64,000 nt of DNA, from IMG/VR virus record IMGVR_UViG_3300015214_000024, positions 297,787-361,786 of that record, one strand, 5' to 3'. The stretch comes from a virus. Its lineage: Duplodnaviria; Heunggongvirae; Uroviricota; Caudoviricetes. Shown here piece after piece: positions 1-6,636 of this stretch. The stretch's first letter is position 1; every line of letters begins with the position of its first letter. The position numbers and the translations under genes were made by a program. Under the pieces are notes generated by a model that was not told the DNA's origin, did not search any database, and worked only from the letters and a program-made list of their open reading frames with translations.

Positions 1-351
1 AGGTATTTTCGTAACTTTGTCAATAATGTCGTCAAAATCATCAGTCATATGCCAATTGAGATCTTCACTAAATTCATCCCATTTGATATTACGCTGTTTT
101 GCTTCTTCCTTATAAGCATCTAAATAGTCCAAGTCAATCCACCTGTAGCGGAGTTCACCTTCATAAGTTTCGCTGATTGAAATTTCATATATTTGCTGTG
201 TTTGAGTATCAAAAACTGCGCTAATATGAAAATTATCATCTGAACTATCAAGGAATCGTGCATTTGGACCAAAACATTTCCAAAGGAATTCACTTCCGTC
301 AGTAATTTTGAAATCAATTGCTTTTGTGAAAGCTTCCATTTGTTTTGACAT
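1..351 (-). CDS. hypothetical phage protein, partial (runs off window)
   Basis: ATG at 351-349 overlaps the TAA of the upstream ORF (TAATG); open frame MSKQMEAFTKAIDFKITDGSEFLWKCFGPNARF... to position 1. Confidence 0.75.
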   Translation of the reverse strand, partial: MSKQMEAFTKAIDFKITDGSEFLWKCFGPNARFLDSSDDNFHISAVFDTQTQQIYEISISETYEGELRYRWIDLDYLDAYKEEAKQRNIKWDEFSEDLNWHMTDDFDDIIDKVTKIP

Positions 352-554
352 TAGATTGCCTCCAAACAATGCTCAGTGATTGAAACAGCCTTCCAGCCAT
401 CGCCATATCCATTGTTATATGGCGTATCCAGTTCTACGATGAACACTGTCATACCAGGAGCGTCAAATGCCACTCCGATTGTGGAACCTTTAATACCATC
501 CATGTCACCGCCAGTACGAACAAGCTTAACACGCTGATTAGGTGAGAATTTCAT
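351..554 (-). CDS. hypothetical protein
   Basis: 67-aa ORF with AAGGA SD, coupled to the next gene. Confidence 0.7.
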   Translation of the reverse strand: MKFSPNQRVKLVRTGGDMDGIKGSTIGVAFDAPGMTVFIVELDTPYNNGYGDGWKAVSITEHCLEAI

Positions 555-577
555 TTTCAGTCCTTTCGATTATGTTG

Positions 578-661
578 CGGAGTAGTGGGGATTCGAACCC
601 CATACCTTGCGGTACCCTCTGTTTTCGAGGCAGTGTTAGAACCTATCTAATTACGTACTCC
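578..661 (-). tRNA. tRNA-Ser(CGA), non-canonical 8/4 fold, possibly degenerate
   Basis: acceptor GGAGTA(C)GT/ACTACTCC (8 bp plus bulge), D-stem TTAGA/TCTAA, loop CTCGAAA, long V-arm, T-arm GGGG-TTCGAAT-CCCC; anticodon stem has two mismatches; CCA not encoded. Confidence 0.7.
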
Positions 662-892
662 AAAATTGTCAACCAGTTTTACTAATTCTTTTTCAGCCAA
701 ATACATTTCAACTTTAGTATTGTAAAACCTTAATATTTCTTTATTAAAATTATCAATTCCATATTTTTCAATAGCATATCTTATTCTTTTACCAGAACCC
801 ATATAACCATCATCGAGATTTTTAGTCGAATGGGCACCAATGTAAAACTTACCATTTATTTGGTTTGTTATTTTATAAACATAGTAAAACAT
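647..892 (-). pseudogene. truncated GIY-YIG (Seg-like) homing endonuclease
   Basis: YVYKITN...FYIGAH...DDGYMGSG catalytic domain only (81 aa); frame ends inside the tRNA-Ser(CGA) gene. Confidence 0.7.
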
Positions 893-930
893 ATTTTCAA
901 ATCCGGCGCGCTTGTCCGGTCAATCTTCCA

Positions 931-1122
931 TTAGTGTGAATATCTACATTCACTTATGCTATCACATTCAAATCCTGGAGCACCACAAATTGAACAGTCA
1001 AGCTTGGTTTGTCTAAACCATTCCTTTTTGCCGTTATGTGGATTGATTTCACAATAAAGTTCATTAATCCTGCCTGGTGACTTGAATGATCCAAACAACC
1101 AACTTAGCACTTTACCAAACAT
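931..1122 (-). CDS. small Cys-rich hypothetical protein
   Basis: 63 aa, strong AAGGAG SD, CxxC motif. Confidence 0.65.
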   Translation of the reverse strand: MFGKVLSWLFGSFKSPGRINELYCEINPHNGKKEWFRQTKLDCSICGAPGFECDSISECRYSH

Positions 1123-1171
1123 AGCATCTCCTTTCCTTTCTGTCTATAAAGGAAGAAATGAAATATGTCAA

Positions 1172-1263
1172 TGGCGGACAGTGAGGGATTTGAACCCTCG
1201 GAACCCCTTACGAGGTTCGGCACATTAGCAGTGTGCTGGTTTTAGCCACTCACCCAACTGTCC
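1172..1263 (-). tRNA. tRNA-Ser(GCT), canonical 7/5
   Basis: GGACAGT/ACTGTCC acceptor, GCACA-CTGCTAA-TGTGC anticodon arm, long V-arm, encoded GCCA. Confidence 0.95.
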
Positions 1264-1271
1264 ATAAAATT

Positions 1272-1361
1272 TGGAGGAAGACGGGATAATCGAAATCCAC
1301 ACCATATTTCAGGTGCCCACTCCTTAGCAGGGAGGTCCAGAACCTTTCTGGTTCATCTTCC
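1272..1361 (-). tRNA. tRNA-Ser(GCT), non-canonical 8/4 fold
   Basis: acceptor GGAAGATG/CGTCTTCC (8 bp), D-stem CCAGA/TCTGG, loop CTGCTAA, T-stem GGAT/ATCC (4 bp), TCCA end. Confidence 0.88.
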
Positions 1362-1366
1362 ATATA

Positions 1367-1487
1367 TACAACAAAGACAGGATTCGAACCTACGTGGTCC
1401 CAGGGCGTCAAATTAATTTGTCCGGATCCTAAGACCATCCCGCTTCTGGGCGGGCTACCTTAAACCTATCTCAGCCACTTCATTGTA
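1367..1487 (-). ncRNA. tRNA-like RNA with ~45-nt variable arm and 6-nt anticodon loop
   Basis: 10-bp terminal stem TACAATGAAG/CTTTGTTGTA, D-like arm, CCCGC-CCAGAA-GCGGG, TGGTCTTAGG...CCTGGGACCA hairpin, GTAGG-TTCGAAT-CCTGT. Confidence 0.65.
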
Positions 1488-1488
1488 T

Positions 1489-1579
1489 TGGAGGAGCCGT
1501 GGGTACTCGAAACCCATACCGTTTTTTAGGTATCAACCGCTTTCCAGGCGGTGGTTGCGCCCTGGCAACTAACGACTCC
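1489..1579 (-). tRNA. tRNA-Ser(GGA), non-canonical 8/4 fold
   Basis: acceptor GGAGTCGT/ACGGCTCC (8 bp), D-stem GTTGC/GCAAC, ACCGC-CTGGAAA-GCGGT, T-stem GGGT/ACCC, TCCA end. Confidence 0.88.
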
Positions 1580-1585
1580 GCAAAT

Positions 1586-2257
1586 TTAAACTACTGTTCT
1601 TCCTTTATACCATCCTATTGGAATTACCATATCCTTTTTAATTTTCTGGTTTTTAGATCCGTCAGTAATCCACATAGTTCCGAATTGTGAATTTTTCCTT
1701 CCAGTTTGGAAGCCATCATTTTTTTCTTTCCATTTTTTAATAGCACTATCAGATTTAGATAATTTACTAAATTCTTTAGCTTTTTCTGGATTCAAGCTAT
1801 GGAATTCTTTCATAGCTTCAGAACCTTTAACCCATCCTTTACATTCCACAAACCGCAATCTTGCTTTTTCAAGTATCCATTCATAACCTGGTTTACCAAA
1901 TGGTGAAATAAATTTATTCCATTCTGCCTTAGTTTCAAATCCTCGATCTTTGTAATAAGAGCCTTCTAAGTTGTATATTGTAAAGCCACCAGTTCCGCCA
2001 AGCATTAAATTATAAGTATTGTTATCTTTTACAAAATCTTCGTTAACTATTTCACGTTCTTTATTATTCATATCATTTTCATTATCAAAAATATATAATG
2101 TTTCTTTATCAAAGTTTTTTATTCCATATTTTTCTATAGCAGATTTTATTAATTTTCCTGAACCCATATAGCCATCATCTAAATCATCAGTAATATGCTT
2201 GCCAATATAGATCTTACCATTTAGTTTGTTTGTTATTTTGTAAATTATATTAAACAT
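1586..2257 (-). CDS. GIY-YIG (SegB-like) homing endonuclease
   Basis: IIYKITN...IYIGKH...DDGYMGSG...YNL; C-terminal GTMWITDG...GWYKGR DNA-binding motif; start reset to 2257 because the longer ORF overlaps a tRNA. Confidence 0.85.
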   Translation of the reverse strand: MFNIIYKITNKLNGKIYIGKHITDDLDDGYMGSGKLIKSAIEKYGIKNFDKETLYIFDNENDMNNKEREIVNEDFVKDNNTYNLMLGGTGGFTIYNLEGSYYKDRGFETKAEWNKFISPFGKPGYEWILEKARLRFVECKGWVKGSEAMKEFHSLNPEKAKEFSKLSKSDSAIKKWKEKNDGFQTGRKNSQFGTMWITDGSKNQKIKKDMVIPIGWYKGRTVV

Positions 2258-2277
2258 AAAAATCCATTCAATTTTTG

Positions 2278-2364
2278 AGGACAGTGTGGGATTCGAACCC
2301 ACGGGACCCTCGCAGGTCCTCCGGTTTTCAAGACCAGTGCAATCGGCCACTCTGCCAACTGTCC
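2278..2364 (-). tRNA. tRNA-Ser(TGA), canonical 7/5
   Basis: GGACAGT/ACTGTCC, CTGGT-CTTGAAA-ACCGG, long V-arm, GTGGG-TTCGAAT-CCCAC; CCA not encoded. Confidence 0.93.
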
Positions 2365-2372
2365 ATATATTT

Positions 2373-2461
2373 TGGCGGAGGGTAGGCGGAATCGAACCCC
2401 TGACCTTACGGTTCCACTAGTTTTCAAAACTAGGTGTGCATCCCCGGCACAATTACTCTCC
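2373..2461 (-). tRNA. tRNA-Ser(TGA), non-canonical 8/4 fold
   Basis: acceptor GGAGAGTA/TACCCTCC (one A-C mismatch), D-stem TGTGC/GCACA, CTAGT-TTTGAAA-ACTAG, bulged 4-bp T-stem, GCCA end. Confidence 0.8.
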
Positions 2462-2462
2462 A

Positions 2463-2490
2463 ATAAAAAACCCCCTAGTTTCCTAGGGGG
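2463..2490 (-). terminator. intrinsic terminator of the serine attenuator
   Basis: CCCCCTAG-GAAA-CTAGGGGG followed by TTTTTTATT, immediately before the first tRNA-Ser. Confidence 0.9.
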
Positions 2491-2524
2491 TGTAACAGCA
2501 AACCTATCATTCAATAGATACTGT

Positions 2525-2572
2525 TCACCCCATTGGGATGGACGAACTACTGGATGATGAAATAATGAACAT
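2525..2572 (-). CDS. attenuator leader peptide MFIISSSSSSSIPMG
   Basis: ATG TTC ATT ATT TCA TCA TCC AGT AGT TCG TCC ATC CCA ATG GGG TGA; CAGGAAAG SD upstream. Confidence 0.85.
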   Translation of the reverse strand: MFIISSSSSSSIPMG

Positions 2573-2607
2573 TCGTTTAATCTTTCCTGTTTGCTTTAAC
2601 TTTGTTC

Positions 2608-2636
2608 AGCTTATATTCTATTTAGTATTCTGTCAA
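2608..2636 (-). promoter_or_regulatory. sigma70-type promoter for the leader/tRNA-Ser operon
   Basis: TTGACA-17 nt-TAAGCT; a CTAAATA late-type motif lies within the spacer. Confidence 0.7.
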
Positions 2637-2665
2637 TAGTAAAATAATAAAAATTCTGATTTATT

Positions 2666-3304
2666 TTATGACCAATATTCATATAAACCAGACTGCATAG
2701 TATCCAGATATTCATCCCGGACACCGAAAAACTTAGCCAAATATCTTACCAACAAAGGTGTTGGAGGGGCGAATCGATCGATCAAATCCTCTTTGGAAAA
2801 ATCAATTATATCACCATTTTCCATTGTGATTGATTGCTTAACGTCACGAAACAGCCTAATTGCTTCTGATTTAACCTTTTGTCCATTTGGTATGTATGTC
2901 ATTTTACCGTGCTCATATGGATAAATCCCATATGGAATATATTTGAATGACGGTTCCATACCATAATCATTATTCAAAACTGAATTATAGTAATCCATTG
3001 AATCATTATATCGGTGCCAATCAGGCATACCAATATGGGTAAAAAGCATTATATTAGATAAGCCAGTTTCAGTTTGGTAACTCACAAACTGACTCATATA
3101 TGCTGATAAATTTTGTTTGTGCCCATCGCGCCAATAAAGTCTCATTTCAATATCTGAATCATCTTCAATCAGACGCAGAAAGGTATTAAAGTCAGAAATT
3201 TGGGTTTCAAGAGCATATTCGTACTGGTCCCAATCAACTCTCGGGTCGCGATCCACGATATTATGAAAACCGTAACCTAATACTTTATGAATCTTAAAGC
3301 CCAC
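2666..3304 (-). CDS. hypothetical protein
   Basis: 212-aa ORF, no recognised motif. Confidence 0.75.
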   Translation of the reverse strand: MGFKIHKVLGYGFHNIVDRDPRVDWDQYEYALETQISDFNTFLRLIEDDSDIEMRLYWRDGHKQNLSAYMSQFVSYQTETGLSNIMLFTHIGMPDWHRYNDSMDYYNSVLNNDYGMEPSFKYIPYGIYPYEHGKMTYIPNGQKVKSEAIRLFRDVKQSITMENGDIIDFSKEDLIDRFAPPTPLLVRYLAKFFGVRDEYLDTMQSGLYEYWS

Positions 3305-3353
3305 AAACTTCCCCCATTTTCTTATCCTCTAATAGCAGCTTTGTATTTTAATG

Positions 3354-4598
3354 TCAAAGGATAATTCGATCTGGAAAATATGGTTGAAGTATTTCAGGTA
3401 TTGCCACCCAGCCATCTGGCTGTTGATAATTTTCCAAAATAGCTACAAGAGTCCGACCAACAGCCAATCCGCTACCATTTAATGTATGGACCAAAGTAGT
3501 CTTTTTATCTCCTGGCAGCTTTACTCGTGCGGCCATACGTCGGGCCTGAAAATCGCCACAATTGCTGATCGAGCTAATTTCACGCCAAGCCTTTTGGCCC
3601 GGAAGCCAAACTTCCAAATCGTAAGTTTTTCTGGCGCCAAATCCCATATCACCCGCTGCTAATAAAACTCGCCTAAATGGTAAATCAAGTTTCTTAAGAA
3701 TCATTTCCGCAGCATTCAGCATATGCTGATGTTCATATCCGCTTTGGTCTGGAGTAGAAATGGTTACCATTTCTACTTTATGGAATTGATGTTGGCGTAT
3801 GAGCCCGTGAGTGTCTCTACCAGCACTGCCTGCTTCGGCCCTAAAGCACGGTGTTAGTCCAACCATACGCAATGGTAAATCACCATAATCCAAAATTTGA
3901 TTGGCAACCAAATTTGTCATTGGCACTTCGCCAGTTGGGATCAAATATCGACCATCTACGGTTTTAAACAAGTCCTCTTCAAATTTTGGAAGCTGACCGG
4001 TACCAAACATCGTTTGCTGATTCACCAAATAAGGAACATCTACTTCAGTAAAACCATATTCCTCAACGTGATGGTCAATCATAAACTGACCAATCACTCG
4101 GTGCAATTTAGCCAATGTGCCAGTCATCACATTAAAGCGAGTCCCTGCGATTTTTGTTGCTTGTTCAAAGTTAAATCCTGGAAGAAGGTGATGCTCTTTG
4201 ATTTCAAAATCAAATTCAGGAATGTCATCCTGATGTACTACAAGATTATTTTCCTCACCACCTTCTGGAACATCGTAGTGTGGAATATTTGGTACCTTAG
4301 CCCAAATGCTATCACGAACATCTTTCAACAAATCAACATTTTTCTTATAATGATCAATTTGCTCATTAGTTGCTTTTGCTTGTTCTTTCAGATCTTCAGC
4401 AGGTAATTTAAGCCTGTATGCATCACCAATTGCTTTATTAAGGTTGTTTCGTTCATTTTCAGCAGCTTGCAACTTTGTTGTATAAAGACGAAATTGCTCA
4501 TCAGCCCAAAACAAATCGTCAATTGCTCCTCCGCCGCGCCCCTTTAATGCACGTTTTACGGCTTCGCGATCAGTTCTGACATCATCAATATTAATCAT
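3354..4598 (-). CDS. serS: seryl-tRNA synthetase
   Basis: N-terminal coiled coil; LIPTGEVP, FRAEAG (motif 2), HQFHKVE, REISSISNC, HTLNGSGLAVGRTL (motif 3). Confidence 0.98.
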   Translation of the reverse strand: MINIDDVRTDREAVKRALKGRGGGAIDDLFWADEQFRLYTTKLQAAENERNNLNKAIGDAYRLKLPAEDLKEQAKATNEQIDHYKKNVDLLKDVRDSIWAKVPNIPHYDVPEGGEENNLVVHQDDIPEFDFEIKEHHLLPGFNFEQATKIAGTRFNVMTGTLAKLHRVIGQFMIDHHVEEYGFTEVDVPYLVNQQTMFGTGQLPKFEEDLFKTVDGRYLIPTGEVPMTNLVANQILDYGDLPLRMVGLTPCFRAEAGSAGRDTHGLIRQHQFHKVEMVTISTPDQSGYEHQHMLNAAEMILKKLDLPFRRVLLAAGDMGFGARKTYDLEVWLPGQKAWREISSISNCGDFQARRMAARVKLPGDKKTTLVHTLNGSGLAVGRTLVAILENYQQPDGWVAIPEILQPYFPDRIIL

Positions 4599-5244
4599 TC
4601 CAAAAATCCTTCATTCCACCGTTCATATACGACTTGGCTGTAATAATTTTTCCCGTTCTTTCATCCCAAGCCTGATTATCCTGAAAACGAATTGTGCGAA
4701 TTTTATCACCACGCTGGCCAGAGCCACTTTCCTTATACTGTTCAGTCTTTAGACTAGAAAGAACAGCATTATCCATTGATTGTAACTTATTTGCTAGGGC
4801 CTGTCGAGCCTCTTGGTAATTAGATTCTCTAGAACGGCTTTGGCGTACTTCCACCAAACCTGTTGGAATATGGATCAATCTGCAGGAACATTGGTGCTTA
4901 TTTCGGTGTTGGCCGCCTTTACCTGTCCCAGAAAACCATTCTACCCGTAAATCGCTATCGCGTATTTCAGTTTTTTCCATTTTGGCGTCAATTAAAGCGA
5001 CCTTTACTGACGAAGTATGGACTCTGCCCCTGCGCTCAGTTGGAGGTACACGCTGGAAACGATGGCCGCCAACTTCTTTCTTAAGATTGTCGTTTGGTTT
5101 TTTTAGCTCAATAAAATAGCCTTGACCCTCTGGGCCGTGGCGGTGCAGTCAGCCATCAAGAGCTTTGAGGTATGAGTGATACAAATCTTTCGCTAATAAT
5201 TGAGCGTCTTTTCCGCCTTCACCAGGCATAATAACTAATTTCAT
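4591..5244 (-). CDS. RF1-like class I peptide chain release factor lacking domain 1, with in-frame UGA at codon 32 (5151-5149)
   Basis: single frame MKLVIMPGEGGKDAQLLAKDL...DG*LHRH...EVGGHRFQRVPPTERRGRVHTS...GKGGQHRNK...RGDKIRT; AAGGA SD; the ORF track catches only 4591..4980. Confidence 0.85.
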
Positions 5245-5374
5245 ATTTTTATTCCTTTTTAAAACAATAGAGTATTATCGTGTGAAATGTTAAATCACAA
5301 CGTCAATTTTCTTTAAGTTCTAAAAAAGAGTAAAACACATTAATCAGTCCTTTTTGATTTCTACCAATATTTAG

Positions 5375-5815
5375 TCAATTCTGTTCCCAGTTTTTTAAAA
5401 TATCTGAACTTGAATTTGCTTTGTTTTCACCACCAACACCAAAAACTAACTGAACATCATACCGGAGAGCAGTTTCTGATTCTGGAATATTATCTTTAGT
5501 CCTATCGCCCCCATTCATAAATAAAATTTCATCACGTGGAAACATAGTTCGTGCCTTAACAATTGCCCAATCAGCAGATCCAGTAAGATCATCCTGTTCA
5601 GTCATCGGAACAACTAAATTAACACTTCGCATATTGCTTAAAATAGCACATCGAGTGGCCTGTGTCATAAATGGCTTGCCTTTCTTTCGAGTGAGCCAAG
5701 CATCAGAATTCGGAAACACTAACAGTATATCGCACATAGCTTTTGCAGCATTAATGTAGTCAATGTGACCTTCGTGTAAAGGATCAAAGCCACCAGTTAC
5801 TATGCCAATTTTCAT
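5375..5815 (-). CDS. HIGH-motif cytidylyl/adenylyltransferase family protein
   Basis: TGGFDPLHEGH, NSDAWLTRKKG, NGGDR, SSS motifs. Confidence 0.9.
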   Translation of the reverse strand: MKIGIVTGGFDPLHEGHIDYINAAKAMCDILLVFPNSDAWLTRKKGKPFMTQATRCAILSNMRSVNLVVPMTEQDDLTGSADWAIVKARTMFPRDEILFMNGGDRTKDNIPESETALRYDVQLVFGVGGENKANSSSDILKNWEQN

Positions 5816-5933
5816 TTGTTATTCCTCTAAAAATTTCTTCAACCTTAACAGGTTTTTACTAATTTGTCAAATCATATTAACAGCTATTGACGAGCAAGTC
5901 ATTATATTATATAAGATCATCATAACTTAGGAG

Positions 5934-6605
5934 ATGTTTATGACGGCTTGGCGATCAATTCGAAACGAAATTGAAGAAATGGATGCTACATTCGTTCTAG
6001 CCATTTCGGGCGGTGTTGATAGTATGGTCCTGTTGGATTTCTTCACGCGAACTGACGCTAATTTCGTTGTAGCACATTTTAACCACAATTTGCAACCTAT
6101 CAATGTAGAAATGCAAAAGCACGTTATTGATTATTGTATTAAGAACAATATCGAACATTACGTCGGCCAGGGGGTGAGTATTAAACTCAATTCTAAGCTT
6201 AATCATACATCAATTGAGGCTGAGGCACGTAAACAACGATATGATTTTCTTGAAGCTGTTGCTAAATCAGTCTCTAACGGTCGCCAGGCGGTTATTGTAA
6301 CTGGCCATCACCAAGATGATCAAGTCGAAACTGTTATGCTTAACTTATTCCGTGGCGTCGGGCTTCAGTCAGTGTTTATGGAAAAGAATAATGGTAGGCA
6401 ATATAGACCATTTTTAGACATTCCAAAATCGGAATTGTTAGAATGTGCTAGAAAGCGTGGCCTTGCTTGGATTGACGATCCAACCAATGCTGAAAACGAT
6501 GCAGAACGTAACTGGCTCCGCAACGAAATTATTCCACAAATTATGGAACGTAGAAACATCAGTAAAACGATTCCACTTTCTATTGAGAAATACCTCAAGA
6601 GTTGA
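5934..6605 (+). CDS. tilS: tRNA(Ile)-lysidine synthetase, catalytic domain only
   Basis: AISGGVDS PP-loop, HFNH, EAEARKQRY, GHHQDDQVET, RPFL, DPTN, RNWLR. Confidence 0.92.
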   Translation: MFMTAWRSIRNEIEEMDATFVLAISGGVDSMVLLDFFTRTDANFVVAHFNHNLQPINVEMQKHVIDYCIKNNIEHYVGQGVSIKLNSKLNHTSIEAEARKQRYDFLEAVAKSVSNGRQAVIVTGHHQDDQVETVMLNLFRGVGLQSVFMEKNNGRQYRPFLDIPKSELLECARKRGLAWIDDPTNAENDAERNWLRNEIIPQIMERRNISKTIPLSIEKYLKS

Positions 6606-6636
6606 CTTGTCCTGTTTCTTCTGCTAAGATGGATCT

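Larger units (their letters stand above)
2463..2589 (-). promoter_or_regulatory. ribosome-mediated transcription attenuator (serine-sensing)
   Basis: SD + poly-Ser leader; antiterminator GGGGTG-AACAG/CTGTT-A-CACCCC overlaps the terminator 5' arm; 1:2 hairpin GTTC..CCAT/ATGG..GAAC. Confidence 0.85.

Noticed and set aside
1250-2557. ORF-track calls 1250..1438, 1499..1690, 2245..2514, 2372..2557 and the N-terminal extension of 1586..2350
   Set aside because: They overlap tRNA genes or the attenuator and are artefacts of GC-rich RNA sequence.
5119-5151. Selenocysteine insertion (UGA plus downstream hairpin as bSECIS) with 8/4 tRNAs as tRNA-Sec
   Set aside because: The position corresponds to Trp rather than Cys in RF1; no UCA-anticodon tRNA or selA/selB is present in the window.
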